A stretch of DNA of 64,000 nucleotides from Ferruginibacter sp. (GCA_043757165.1 JAYVPT010000040.1:60786-124785), one strand, 5' to 3'. Shown: positions 39,294 through 50,311, counted from the stretch's first letter. Numbers and translations: made by a program. Notes: generated by a model from the letters alone, not told the origin.

Positions 39294-40343
39294 TTATATG
39301 ATCAGCATGGCATCTCCATAGCTGAAAAAGCGGTACTTATCTTTAATGGCTTTTTTATAGGCTTCCATCATTAAATCGTAACCGGCAAAAGCACAGGCCA
39401 TAATTAACAGGCTGGTTTTTGGTAAATGAAAATTAGTTACCAATGAATCGGCAATATTAAAATTGTATGGCGGATGAATGAAATGATTGGTCCACCCTTC
39501 TGAGGGTTTTAATAATTTTTGTGCAGTAAAGGAAGATTCCATCGACCGCATAGTAGTAGTACCAATTGAACATATACGGTTACCGCCCAGTTTTGCTTTA
39601 TTAACAATATTGCAGGCCGTTTCATCAACATGATAATATTCAGCATCCATTTTATGTTTGCTCAAATCTTCCACTTCAATTGGCCTGAAAGTACCCAGGC
39701 CCGTATGCAAAGTTGTTTCTGCAAAGCGGATGCCTTTTATCTCCAAACGTTTAATTAATTCTTTACTGAAATGTAAACCTGCAGTAGGAGCTGCAACTGC
39801 ACCCTCGTGTTTGGCATAAACGGTTTGATAACGCTCTTTATCTTCTTCCTCGGGTTTACGTTTAATGTATTTTGGCAATGGTGTTTCTCCCAATATTTCC
39901 AGCATCTGGCGAAATTCATCATCAGTACCATCCCATAAAAAACGGATGGTACGGCCACGGCTGGTGGTATTGTCAATTACTTCTGCAACCAGTTCATCAC
40001 TCTCTCCAAAATATAATTTATTACCTACACGTATCTTACGGGCAGGGTCAACAATAACATCCCATAATTTATTGGGCTTGTTTAATTCTCTTAAAAGAAA
40101 AACTTCAATCTTGGCACCTGTTTTTTCTTTACGGCCATACATACGGGCAGGAAAAACCTTGGTGTTGTTTACCACAAATACATCTTTATCATCAAAATAA
40201 TCAATTATCTCTTTAAAATGTTTGTTTTCTATTTGCCCTGTTTTACGGTGAATAACCATCAAGCGGCTGTCCTCACGTTTTTTTGTAGGGTTTTGGGCAA
40301 TTAAATTTAGTGGAAGGTCGAAACGGAACTGGGATAATTTCAT
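39294..40343 (-). CDS. queA: SAM:tRNA ribosyltransferase-isomerase
   Basis: [44 protein letters not shown] and [10 protein letters not shown] motifs. Confidence 0.97.
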   Translation of the reverse strand: MKLSQFRFDLPLNLIAQNPTKKREDSRLMVIHRKTGQIENKHFKEIIDYFDDKDVFVVNNTKVFPARMYGRKEKTGAKIEVFLLRELNKPNKLWDVIVDPARKIRVGNKLYFGESDELVAEVIDNTTSRGRTIRFLWDGTDDEFRQMLEILGETPLPKYIKRKPEEEDKERYQTVYAKHEGAVAAPTAGLHFSKELIKRLEIKGIRFAETTLHTGLGTFRPIEVEDLSKHKMDAEYYHVDETACNIVNKAKLGGNRICSIGTTTMRSMESSFTAQKLLKPSEGWTNHFIHPPYNFNIADSLVTNFHLPKTSLLIMACAFAGYDLMMEAYKKAIKDKYRFFSYGDAMLII

Positions 40344-40676
40344 GTAATAATTTTTATTTAAGTTATTACATGCCGTGTACAGAAAGATTTAAGGCGTAGC
40401 CTTTTTGGAGGCACTTATCATGTTACGGCATGATTTGGAGGCGCAAAGATACGGAATAGCAATGGATTTTTTGCATTGAAAAAGATTAGTTACACAGATT
40501 TTTTAAATAAATGTGCATACCTGCGGAGGTTGCAAACACAGGGCAAAACAGAATGGATTTGCTTTTGATAGCTTCGTAATGTTATAGATATGCCAAACAT
40601 TACTGCATCCAATTATGGAATTGCGCCCCTTATTTAATCTTTGTATTATCTTTATTTAAAATAACGGCATTTATAA

Positions 40677-43600
40677 ATGAAATTAATAGCTACCCTTTTA
40701 TCGTTTGTTTTTTTTGTACTTACAGCAAACGGTCAGCCCTTAAAAAAAACAGAGAAAAAATACCCCAGCCTTTTATGGGAAATTAGCGGCAATGGTTTAA
40801 CCAAACCCTCGTACCTGTTTGGCACCATGCATGTAAGTAATAAGCAGGTGTTTCATTTGAGCGATTCTTTTTTTTATGCCATTAAAAGAACCGATGTGGT
40901 GGCGCTGGAGCTAAACTCCGAAACATGGCAAAAAGATATGGTGCAGATGGATAAAGATGGCGAAACCTATCAAAAATTTTATACAGAAAAGAGTTTAACA
41001 GGAAGCTATGTAAATGCAGGCACTTTTAAGGTGGATAAAAATTTTATTACTGATATTAAGTATGCTTTAAAAAGGCAGCCTTACATTATTAATTCCTTAC
41101 TGTACCGTAATAACCAGGGCCAGGATGATTATGAGGAAGATACTTTTCTGGATATGTACATTTATCAAACCGGTAAAAAACTGGGCAAGCGCAGCAGCGG
41201 TGTTGAAAGTTATTATGAGATGCAGATGCTGAGTATGGGGGCAGAAATAGACCGTAGCAATGAAAAAGTAAAAAAGAAGAAGAACTACGATCTTGATTAT
41301 AGTGATAACCCACAGCAAAAAGCCGATGAAGCTTACCGCAAAGGTGATCTTGATCTGCTGGACTCTTTAGAAAAAATGATGCTGGAGTCAGAAGCATTTA
41401 CAGAAAAATTTTTATACAGGCGTAATGAAAAGCAGGCCAATTCTATGGACACCATTATGAAAAAAGGAAATTCGCTTTTTGTTGGCGTAGGTGCTGCTCA
41501 TTTAGCCGGAGAACGTGGGGTGATAGAGTTGCTGCGTAAGAAAGGCTATAAACTAAGGCCCATAAAAATGATTGACAGAGATGCCATGCAACGGGAAAAA
41601 GTTGATCACCTGCATGTGCCGGTAAATTTTATTGATAACATTTCGGATGATGGTTTTTATAAAGTAAGATTGCCGGGTAATTTATATAAACGCAGCGATC
41701 TGTCGGGTGGTATGGGGTGGCAATATGCAGACATGGCCAATGGCGCTTATTATACAGTAACAAGAATTGAAAACCCCGGAGGTTTTACGGGAGTGAATGA
41801 AGCCGAAGCTTTTAGAAAAGTGGACAGCATGTTGTACGATAATATTCCGGGTAAAATTTTAAACCGTACAGTTACCTTTAAAAACGGGTATAAATGTATT
41901 GACCTTATTAATAAAACAAGGCGTGGCGATGTGCAGCGGTACAATATTGTAATTACACCGTTTGAAGTAATAATTTTTAAGATGAGTGCCACCGAAAATT
42001 ATGTACTGGGTAAAGAAGCTGATGAGTTTTTTAAATCAATTACTTTATCACCTTATCATATTAATTCAAACTGGATAAATTATCACCCCGCTGCCGGCGG
42101 CTTTACTCTGCAGCTGCCTTATAAACCTTATGTGCGAAATGAATTTAACGGCGACTGGATATTTGCAGCCAATGATAATACTGTAAATTATCTTGTTTTA
42201 AAAAGAACAATATTTGATGATGAAAAATTATTAAGGGATACATTGAACCTTGGCCTGGCAGAAGAAAGTTTTACCGGAAAGGAAAAAGGATTGAAAACAC
42301 TGGAAAGAAAGTTTGGAGAAAAAGCTAAAGCAGCCACACTTGACGCATTATATCAAACTGCCGATACTTCTTATTTAAAAGTACATTACGTAATAAACGG
42401 GCCATACTATTACTTAATAGCGGCAAAAGGAAAAAATAAAAATGATGTGGTAAATAACAAGGCTGTTGCTTCTTTTAATTTAACTCCTTTTGTTTACAAT
42501 ACGTCTCAAAATTTTACCGATACACTTTTAAATTTTGAAACACAGACACCAATTATACCGGTAATGAACGATTCATTAAAAGCGTTGATGCACCAATACT
42601 CTAAAAGAAGCAGTAATAATTACTACAGAGGTAATGATGATGCGGAATATGAAAAGTATGGCAAAACAAAGTTTATGGTTTTTGCAAATGATACTACCGG
42701 TGAAATAATTACGGTAAGCAGCGGAACCAATGGTAAATATTATTTTGAGAACGACTCATTAAAAAAATACCGTGTTACTGCGGACTCATTGTCAAAAGCT
42801 ATAAAAGATGATGTTGTTTTAACTGTTAAACTCGATTCTCTTTTTAGAAAAGTAAGAGGAGAAAATAATTATTACAATGATATTGACAGCATGTATATCA
42901 TTAAAGAGAAAAAATTTATTTACCGCAATGGTGTTAGTAAATATTATGTAAGGTATACCGATACCGGTTGTTCAAGAATAATTACCCGCTATTTTATGTC
43001 GAAGAATGACAGGCATTATACTGTTAGCACTGTTACGGGAGCCACAGGGGAGCCAAGCAGTTTTTTAATTAACTTTTTCTCGGCATTCAGGCCTTTTAAA
43101 GACATAAGCAGTTATGATGTTTTTACCAATAAAACAGATACTTTTTTTGGTGACTATTACAGTAAAGATACTTCCCTGCGCAAGCTGGCAAGATCGGCTA
43201 TAACTGATGTGAGTTTTGGAAAAAATGATTTAGGAAAAATGCTTGCGGCAATGAACAGCCTTTCTTTAAAAGATAAAGATTATTTTGAAACCAAAGCATC
43301 ATGGATAGAAGCTGTAGGGGATATAAAGGACTCAACGGCAAATACACAGGTAATAGCGGTATTAAAAAATATTTACGAAAGCAGTGCAGATACTTCACTG
43401 TTCCAGGCAAAAGTATTACGGGCATTGGTAGGCAGGCATACAAAAGAAAGCTACAATCTGTTTAAACAATATATTTTACAGGATCCGCCCGTAAGCGATA
43501 ATGAATACTCGTATGAAAATAATTTTTGGGAAAACGAAGATTCATTGAATTTACTTAAAACACTTTTTCCTGATATTCTGCAGCTTACCAATCTTAATGA

Positions 43601-44573
43601 TTATAAAGAAAAAATAACCAACCTGCTGGTAAAACTGGTTGACAGCAACCGGCTTGGCGCAAATGATTACGAAACTTATTTCAGCAAGATTTTATTTGAT
43701 GCCAGGATAGCGCTTAAAAAACAATTGTTAAAAGATGAGAAGAAAGTGCAGGACGAACTTTCGAAAGATGAAGATGAAAAAACTGAGTATAACAAATATG
43801 GTAACAGGGGCGGTAATGACGACCTGGTAGATTATGCGGTATTGCTGTTACCTTTTTATGAAAAGAATGCTGCAGTGCCAAAATACATTGATAAACTATG
43901 GCATGTAAAAGATGACCAGGTAAAGTTTGACCTGATGCTTAAGATGCTTGCAAAAAATAAACCTGTGCCCGATACACTAATAAATTATTTTGCCGGTATT
44001 GAAGAAAGGCGTGGCGCTTTATATTACCGTTTAAATAAATTAAAAAAAGACAGCCTGTTTCCTGCAAAATATAAAGTGCAGGAAGACATGGCCAAAGCTT
44101 TTTTATATACAGAAATTGATGAGGAAGATAAAGCTGAAGATAAAAACACCATACTCTTTGGAAGTAAGAAATTTTTAAGAAAATATCTTTCAACTTTAAA
44201 TTATGGATATAGATACCGTGGCAACTCCGATAACGATAACCGGAACAAAATGGATAGTATTATATTCATTAAAAAACAATTAATAACAACAGATAAGGGC
44301 AGGGGCTATGTTTATTTTTATAAATACCGGGAGAAAAAAGATGATAAATGGAGGATTGCCATCAGCGGCCTGCAACCGGCAGACAGCACAGGATTTTCTT
44401 ATAAAAATATTTATACAAAATTTACTGATGAAAAGATAAAGGATGACGAGCCGCTGGATGAGCAACTGGCCTTTCAACTTAAAAAAATAATTTTTACAAA
44501 CAGAGAGGGAAGCGAAAATTTCTTTTCTGAAAAAAATGATAATTATACGAACTACAGGGATATCAATGAATAA
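40677..44573 (+). CDS. TraB/GumN (TIKI-like) family protein with a ~1000-aa C-terminal extension
   Basis: SLLWEISG, SYLFGTMH, LYRRNE and FVGVGAAHLAGERGVIELLRKKGY motifs; signal peptide. Confidence 0.85.
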   Translation: MKLIATLLSFVFFVLTANGQPLKKTEKKYPSLLWEISGNGLTKPSYLFGTMHVSNKQVFHLSDSFFYAIKRTDVVALELNSETWQKDMVQMDKDGETYQKFYTEKSLTGSYVNAGTFKVDKNFITDIKYALKRQPYIINSLLYRNNQGQDDYEEDTFLDMYIYQTGKKLGKRSSGVESYYEMQMLSMGAEIDRSNEKVKKKKNYDLDYSDNPQQKADEAYRKGDLDLLDSLEKMMLESEAFTEKFLYRRNEKQANSMDTIMKKGNSLFVGVGAAHLAGERGVIELLRKKGYKLRPIKMIDRDAMQREKVDHLHVPVNFIDNISDDGFYKVRLPGNLYKRSDLSGGMGWQYADMANGAYYTVTRIENPGGFTGVNEAEAFRKVDSMLYDNIPGKILNRTVTFKNGYKCIDLINKTRRGDVQRYNIVITPFEVIIFKMSATENYVLGKEADEFFKSITLSPYHINSNWINYHPAAGGFTLQLPYKPYVRNEFNGDWIFAANDNTVNYLVLKRTIFDDEKLLRDTLNLGLAEESFTGKEKGLKTLERKFGEKAKAATLDALYQTADTSYLKVHYVINGPYYYLIAAKGKNKNDVVNNKAVASFNLTPFVYNTSQNFTDTLLNFETQTPIIPVMNDSLKALMHQYSKRSSNNYYRGNDDAEYEKYGKTKFMVFANDTTGEIITVSSGTNGKYYFENDSLKKYRVTADSLSKAIKDDVVLTVKLDSLFRKVRGENNYYNDIDSMYIIKEKKFIYRNGVSKYYVRYTDTGCSRIITRYFMSKNDRHYTVSTVTGATGEPSSFLINFFSAFRPFKDISSYDVFTNKTDTFFGDYYSKDTSLRKLARSAITDVSFGKNDLGKMLAAMNSLSLKDKDYFETKASWIEAVGDIKDSTANTQVIAVLKNIYESSADTSLFQAKVLRALVGRHTKESYNLFKQYILQDPPVSDNEYSYENNFWENEDSLNLLKTLFPDILQLTNLNDYKEKITNLLVKLVDSNRLGANDYETYFSKILFDARIALKKQLLKDEKKVQDELSKDEDEKTEYNKYGNRGGNDDLVDYAVLLLPFYEKNAAVPKYIDKLWHVKDDQVKFDLMLKMLAKNKPVPDTLINYFAGIEERRGALYYRLNKLKKDSLFPAKYKVQEDMAKAFLYTEIDEEDKAEDKNTILFGSKKFLRKYLSTLNYGYRYRGNSDNDNRNKMDSIIFIKKQLITTDKGRGYVYFYKYREKKDDKWRIAISGLQPADSTGFSYKNIYTKFTDEKIKDDEPLDEQLAFQLKKIIFTNREGSENFFSEKNDNYTNYRDINE

Positions 44574-46302
44574 GATTGATATTCCTGCCGGGGATGCTGT
44601 TAATTAAAAGCCGGGTATATTCATTTTGCGGATGATTATATATTTGTTCGGCATCTCCCTGCTCCACAATTTGCCCTTTGTGCATTACTAAAATGCGGTC
44701 GCTAACATAACGCACTACCGAAAGGTCATGCGAAATAAATATCGAAGTAAAACCAAATTCTTTTTTAAGATCATTCAGCAAGTTGAGTACCTGTGCCTGC
44801 ACACTTACATCCAGGGCAGAAACACTTTCATCAAAAATTAAAAAAGAAGGATTTAATGCCAGGGCTCTTGCTATACAAATTCTTTGCCGCTGCCCGCCAC
44901 TGAATTGGTGTGGATACCGGTTAAAATGTTCCGGCTTCAGGCTTACTTTCTCCAACAGTTCTACAACTTTTTCTTTTCGTTCATTTTTATTTTTCAATAC
45001 ACCATGCACCTGTAAAGGCTCAAGAATACTGTTGCCAATTGTAATGCGTGGATTTAAGGAACCATAAGGATCCTGGAAAACAATTTGCAGATATTTACGC
45101 ATGTTGCGTAAAGCGGCAGCTTTAATTTGTGTAATATCTTTTTCTCCTAAATAAATTTTACCCGATGTGGCGGGTATCAATTGCAATATTGTTCTTCCCA
45201 AAGTAGTTTTGCCACAGCCACTTTCTCCAACAAGCCCTAAGGTTTCTCCCTGCCGCACCTCAAAACTTACATCATCCACCGCTTTAAAAAATTGTGTTGC
45301 TTTGCTAAATAGTTTTCTTTTAACAGGAAAATATACTTTCAGGTTTTCAACTTTTAAAACCGTTGGCCGTTGGCCGTAGGCCGTTGCCTGATATTCGGTG
45401 TTAGGTGTTCCCTGTTCATTATTCATTATTTTTTCTTTCTTCACTTCACCACCTGTTGCCAACTCAATAAAATCACCCACCACAGGTAATCGTTCTCCTT
45501 TTGTTTTACTTGCTGGCCGGCAGGCCAGCAAGGCTTTGGTATAAGCATGTTGTGGCGATTGTAATATTGCTGCGGTATCTCCCTGCTCCACAATTTCTCC
45601 TTTGTACATCACTACAATTTTATCTGCAATATCTGCAACCACTCCCAAATCGTGTGTTATTAAAATAACACCCATATCATTTTGTTGCTGCAATTCTTTT
45701 ATCAATTCCAGTATTGTTTTTTGTACAGTTACATCCAAAGCAGTTGTAGGTTCGTCTGCAATAAGTAAAGACGGGTTGCAACTCATGGCCATTGCAATCA
45801 TCACCCGTTGTTTTTGTCCACCACTTAATTGATGAGGGTAACGGTTTATAATGGCCGCCGGATCGGGCAGTTTTACTTTTTCAAAAAGTGCAATTGTTTT
45901 TTTTCTTGCAGTTTTAGTATTCACCTTTTGATGTAATTGTATAGATTCCATTACCTGTTGCCCGCAGGTAAAAACGGGGTTTAAAGAAGTCATCGGTTCC
46001 TGGAAGATCATGGCAATACTTTTGCCACGTATTTCATTTATTGCTGCAGCAGGTAAATTGATAACATCAACAGGTTGTGTTTCTTTTTGAAAGAAAAAAA
46101 CTTTGCCTTTAACAACAGTTTGTTTGGGCAGCAATTGCAGTAACGATAATGCAGTAACAGATTTGCCCGAGCCGCTTTCGCCAACAATGGCAACCAGTTC
46201 GCCTTTTTTTATTTCGATAGAACTGTTTTTAACGGCAATGCTTTTTTCACCCTCATTACTGAATTCTACAGAAAGGTTTCTTATGGAGATAAGCGATGGC
46301 AA
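44563..46302 (-). CDS. ABC transporter ATP-binding protein, fused double NBD (DppD/DppF type)
   Basis: Two GESGxGK Walker A motifs, two SGGQ signatures and two YPHQ motifs; TTG start. Confidence 0.95.
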   Translation of the reverse strand: MPSLISIRNLSVEFSNEGEKSIAVKNSSIEIKKGELVAIVGESGSGKSVTALSLLQLLPKQTVVKGKVFFFQKETQPVDVINLPAAAINEIRGKSIAMIFQEPMTSLNPVFTCGQQVMESIQLHQKVNTKTARKKTIALFEKVKLPDPAAIINRYPHQLSGGQKQRVMIAMAMSCNPSLLIADEPTTALDVTVQKTILELIKELQQQNDMGVILITHDLGVVADIADKIVVMYKGEIVEQGDTAAILQSPQHAYTKALLACRPASKTKGERLPVVGDFIELATGGEVKKEKIMNNEQGTPNTEYQATAYGQRPTVLKVENLKVYFPVKRKLFSKATQFFKAVDDVSFEVRQGETLGLVGESGCGKTTLGRTILQLIPATSGKIYLGEKDITQIKAAALRNMRKYLQIVFQDPYGSLNPRITIGNSILEPLQVHGVLKNKNERKEKVVELLEKVSLKPEHFNRYPHQFSGGQRQRICIARALALNPSFLIFDESVSALDVSVQAQVLNLLNDLKKEFGFTSIFISHDLSVVRYVSDRILVMHKGQIVEQGDAEQIYNHPQNEYTRLLINSIPGRNINLIH

Positions 46303-46344
46303 ATTGTAATTCGTGTAATTAGTGAAATTAGATTAATTAGTGAA

Positions 46345-47115
46345 TTAAAATTTCAAATGTCTTACAGTTAGTCCGTTATTGATCAGTTGTTTTAATGAAT
46401 CAATACCAATTTTTAAATGGCGTTCCACAAAACCTGAAGTAACCTGTTTATCACTGGCCTCTGTTTTAACACCTTCCGGAACCATTGGCTGATCGCTTAC
46501 TAAAAGCAATGCACCTGTAGGAATACGGTTATGAAAACCTACAGAAAAAATAGTAGCTGTTTCCATATCAATGGCATAAGCCCTTACTTTTTCAAGGTAT
46601 GCTTTAAACTCTTCATCATGTTCCCATACACGGCGGTTGGTGGTATATACTGTGCCGGTCCAGTAATCAGTTTCGTAATCACGTATGGTGGTGGAAATTG
46701 CTTTTTGTAAGCTGAAAGAAGGTAAAGCCGGTACAATTGGTGGAAAGTAATCATTACTGGTTCCTTCGCCTCTCATGGCAGCAATGGGTAAAATTAAATC
46801 GCCAATACTATGGCGTTTTTTTAAACCGCCGCATTTACCTAAAAATAATACTGCCTTAGGGTGAATAGCTGTTAGCAGGTCCATTACAGTTGCAGCACCC
46901 GGGCTTCCCATCCCAAAATTTATAATGGTAATATTATCTGCAGTGGCACATTGCATTGGTCTGTCATGGCCAATTACTTCAACTTTATTCCACTCTGCAA
47001 ACATGTCAACATAGTTGCCAAAATTGGTCAATAAAATATACTCACCAAAATTTTCCAAAGCTTCTCCGGTATACCTCGGCAGCCAGTTGTTTACTATCTC
47101 AGCTCTTGTTTTCAT
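46345..47115 (-). CDS. amn: AMP nucleosidase
   Basis: NWLPRYTG, NFGMGSPGAAT, FLGKCGGL, TTNRRVWE and DMETAT motifs. Confidence 0.92.
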   Translation of the reverse strand: MKTRAEIVNNWLPRYTGEALENFGEYILLTNFGNYVDMFAEWNKVEVIGHDRPMQCATADNITIINFGMGSPGAATVMDLLTAIHPKAVLFLGKCGGLKKRHSIGDLILPIAAMRGEGTSNDYFPPIVPALPSFSLQKAISTTIRDYETDYWTGTVYTTNRRVWEHDEEFKAYLEKVRAYAIDMETATIFSVGFHNRIPTGALLLVSDQPMVPEGVKTEASDKQVTSGFVERHLKIGIDSLKQLINNGLTVRHLKF

Positions 47116-47296
47116 CTATGTTATTTTTTTTTGAGACAATCAATATTTCTTTACTCAACATCGTTGTGAACTTGTTCTGTTATTATTTCTTTTTAGTAAA
47201 AAGAAATAAATAACCACACTTCAACCACATACCTTTGTGCGTCAGCGTCGTTAATTTGTTACTTTTTTTAAAATTACAAAATTCCTTTCAGCTTCA

Positions 47297-47725
47297 ATGA
47301 TTAAAATTGAATACCCTCCATATCAACCCAAAATAAAAAAAGAAAATAATAAGGAACTTATTTTTGACGAAGTACGTAAACGTTGGATAATACTTACTCC
47401 TGAAGAATGGGTGCGGCAGAATTTCCTGCAATATATTATGTGTGTAAAAAACTATCCGGCAACCTTAATTGCGGTGGAAAAAGAAATTAAACTCGGCGAT
47501 TTAAAAAAACGTTTTGATATTGTAGTGTACGATAAAAACTCAAAACCCAGGATGATTATTGAATGTAAGGAAATGAATGTAGAATTAAGTAAACCGGTAC
47601 TGGACCAGGTGTTGCGGTATAATATCACCATGCAGGTGCCATACCTGGTTATTACCAATGGCAGCTACTGCATGGCTTTTCAATGCAGCGGTAATAAATT
47701 GACTGAGCTAAACGAAATACCCTAA
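47297..47725 (+). CDS. Stand-alone HsdR N-terminal (HSDR_N-like) nuclease-fold protein
   Basis: FDEVRKRWIILTPEEWVRQ, RFDIVV, IIECK and QVLRYN motifs. Confidence 0.88.
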   Translation: MIKIEYPPYQPKIKKENNKELIFDEVRKRWIILTPEEWVRQNFLQYIMCVKNYPATLIAVEKEIKLGDLKKRFDIVVYDKNSKPRMIIECKEMNVELSKPVLDQVLRYNITMQVPYLVITNGSYCMAFQCSGNKLTELNEIP

Positions 47726-47734
47726 ACCTCTAAA

Positions 47735-48487
47735 CTAATTCACCGACGGACAACCCAGTTTTTGTTTTTTATTATTTTTACCAAACGAATATATTACGCC
47801 AACGCTATGGCTTAAGTAGTGATCATTTTTTCCTGGGTTTGCCGATTTACTAAAGCCATCCAGGTAATCAGTAAAACTTAAACGGTAACTGGTTTCGCCG
47901 GTTAAAGAGAACCTGTCATTCAATGCATAGCGTACACCTGCACCTACGGGCACAACCGGAATGATTCGGGGCAATGTTTTTGCTGCATCAATGGCCAGGC
48001 CCGCCTGTGCATCAGAACCCTCTCCAAATAAGGCAGGGTCAAGGTTACTCCAGTCTCTTTTTATTTTTAAAAAAGAAATACCTGCACCTGCAAAAAGGTA
48101 GGGCGAAAAACGTTGTGACCTTGCCTGTAAAAAATTCCAAACGCCCTGTACAGAAAGTTCAGTTATAGGTGTGGTAAAATTAAAATTCCTTTGTTTACGC
48201 CAGGCCGGATTGGAATACACAGCATCGTTACCGTATAACTTACCCCGGTTTAAATTTAAGCGTACTGAAAATGCCGGGCTTAAAATCCTGTACACATGCA
48301 AAGCAAATTGGGGCTTCATTGTTTTATAAGAGCCCAATGGTTGAGGTGTAAGGTCTCCCTGGTAAATAAACACACCGCCACTTAAACCCACTTCGTATTT
48401 TGAAAGATCGATCTGTGCATTAAGAAAAGGAATAGTACTTAAAATAATTACTGCTGTTAATGCAGTTTTTTTTAATACAGACATCAT
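47735..48487 (-). CDS. Outer-membrane beta-barrel protein (DUF6089/PorT-like)
   Basis: Signal peptide, YQGDL motif, SFTDYLDG and a C-terminal Cys-Pro tail. Confidence 0.75.
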   Translation of the reverse strand: MMSVLKKTALTAVIILSTIPFLNAQIDLSKYEVGLSGGVFIYQGDLTPQPLGSYKTMKPQFALHVYRILSPAFSVRLNLNRGKLYGNDAVYSNPAWRKQRNFNFTTPITELSVQGVWNFLQARSQRFSPYLFAGAGISFLKIKRDWSNLDPALFGEGSDAQAGLAIDAAKTLPRIIPVVPVGAGVRYALNDRFSLTGETSYRLSFTDYLDGFSKSANPGKNDHYLSHSVGVIYSFGKNNKKQKLGCPSVN

Positions 48488-48777
48488 TGGATTTACATTT
48501 ATAGGTGACTAAATTGCTTTAATGTAAAAGTCTGTATTTCGATAAGAGAGATTTTAGTGTTGTTAATTAGCTAACAATGTTTACCATCATTTAGTATGCT
48601 GCTATTGTTTAAGTAATGTTAAACAAAAGTGAATATAAAATATACTTGCACTATTTTATTTTAATCATATGGGTGCTAAAATTGTTCCAATAACAACCAT
48701 ATTGTTATCAGATATATAAATTTTCTGTTAAAGTTTAATTGTGGAAAGTAATAGGCTAAAGCTGCTTAATAAATAAA

Positions 48778-50175
48778 CTATTCTCCAATAGTTTCAACAG
48801 CCTGTTCCAGATCAACATCTTCATTTTTTTTGTATGGCCATTTGTGCAGCAGTTTTGCATAAATAAAATAGACGACCACACCGCTGCCAAATACAATTAA
48901 GAAGGAAGCAATAATAGTTAATCCTGTTGCATAAAAAATAAACAACCACATGGCAATGGCTAAAATAACCGGTAGGGGATACAGGGGCATTTTATAAGGT
49001 AAATGTTTAGTACCGTTTCTTTTTCTTAATAAAATTATACCAACAGCCTGCCCTATAAATTGTATCATAATCCGCATGGCCAGTATGCCATCTATTACAT
49101 GTTTCATCTTAAATAATAAACTAAACACAAATGCAAAGCCCGCCAGTACTAATAATGAAACATAGGGAAAGTTTTTAGTAGGATGCAGTTTACCAAAGAA
49201 TTTAAAAAATGCACCATCAACTGCAGCAGCATAAGGAACTCTTGAGTAACCAAGCATTACTGCAAATAAAGAAGCCAATGCCACCCACAAGATCATAACA
49301 GTGGCAATATTGGCGGCATTACCTCCATAAAGCCTTTCTATAAAAGTGCTCACTACAAAATTATTTTGACCCCTGTCCTGCCAGGCTTTTATTTCCTGCC
49401 AGGGAATTACACTACTTACACTTACATTCATTGCCAGGTACAATACTGCAATGCCAATTACAGAAATAAACATGCTTCGGGGAATATTTTTTCCAGGGTT
49501 TTTTATTTCTCCACCCAAATGGCAAACATTGTAATACCCTAAATAACTGTACATCGATTTTATGCAGGCCTGCCCAAATACAAATGATGCAAGCTGTCCC
49601 CAGCTAAAATCGGTATTGATATCTTTTAATGGTTGTAAAAAATTGCCATGAGCAATGCCGCCAATTATTATCCAGCCTAAAGTAAGCAGTACACCACTCC
49701 ATAAAAACACGCCTATTTTTCCAATGCTGTCAATTTTACGGTACAATAAAAAAGTAACGAATAAAATAACAATTCCCGAAACTGCTTTTTGCTGCCACAC
49801 ATCTAAATGCACTAAATAACCTAAGTATTGCGCAAACCCTATTGCTGCTGAGGCTGCTACCAGCGGCGCCTGAATTACCGTTTGCCATACGTATAAAAAA
49901 CTCATCATCCTGCCCAGGCCATTTTTTCCGTAGGCTTCTTTTAAAAAATTATAACTGCCGCCAGCTAGCGGGTACGCAGCGCCCAGTTCACTCCATATCA
50001 TGGCATCTATCAGCGATAAAATGGCTCCTGCAATCCAGGCGTATAAAAACATGCCGCCCATAAAACCAATAACAATGGGGAGTGTTACAAAGGGGCCAAT
50101 GCCCACCATATCAATCATGTTTAAAACGGTAGATTGAAAAAGTCCAAGGCGGCGTTCGAGTTTTGGTGCCTGCAT
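48778..50175 (-). CDS. APC-family amino acid permease
   Basis: MIDMVGIGPF, WSELGAAYPLAGGSY and GEIKNPGKNIPR motifs; 12 TM. Confidence 0.93.
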   Translation of the reverse strand: MQAPKLERRLGLFQSTVLNMIDMVGIGPFVTLPIVIGFMGGMFLYAWIAGAILSLIDAMIWSELGAAYPLAGGSYNFLKEAYGKNGLGRMMSFLYVWQTVIQAPLVAASAAIGFAQYLGYLVHLDVWQQKAVSGIVILFVTFLLYRKIDSIGKIGVFLWSGVLLTLGWIIIGGIAHGNFLQPLKDINTDFSWGQLASFVFGQACIKSMYSYLGYYNVCHLGGEIKNPGKNIPRSMFISVIGIAVLYLAMNVSVSSVIPWQEIKAWQDRGQNNFVVSTFIERLYGGNAANIATVMILWVALASLFAVMLGYSRVPYAAAVDGAFFKFFGKLHPTKNFPYVSLLVLAGFAFVFSLLFKMKHVIDGILAMRIMIQFIGQAVGIILLRKRNGTKHLPYKMPLYPLPVILAIAMWLFIFYATGLTIIASFLIVFGSGVVVYFIYAKLLHKWPYKKNEDVDLEQAVETIGE

Positions 50176-50228
50176 TTCTTTAATTAATAACGGAAATTAC
50201 AATATACCGCCTAATAAAAAAAGAACAT

Positions 50229-50308
50229 AAAAAACCGGGCCTCTTTGCAGAGTCCCGGCACTAATCAAAAACTATTAACTATTAAACCTTATCCTATGAA
50301 AAACCACT
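50229..50308 (-). ncRNA. Candidate ~80-nt small RNA, copy 2
   Basis: Seed GGTTTTTCATAGGATA (50305-50290) identical to copy 1; terminator GCCGGG...CCCGG plus U-run (50259-50229). Confidence 0.65.
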
Positions 50309-50311
50309 ATT

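Noticed and set aside
40536-40570. c-di-GMP-I riboswitch (CACAGGGCAAA) upstream of the TraB/GumN gene
   Set aside because: The similarity stops after about 11 nt; there is no GAAA tetraloop stem or GACGCAAAG segment.
47297-47725. Type I restriction-modification system
   Set aside because: Only the N-terminal domain is present; there is no hsdM, hsdS or helicase.
48550-48710. TGTTA/TAACA boxes as a shared regulon motif (also near 52317-52345 and 56378-56396)
   Set aside because: Short AT-rich words with inconsistent spacing cannot be distinguished from chance by eye.
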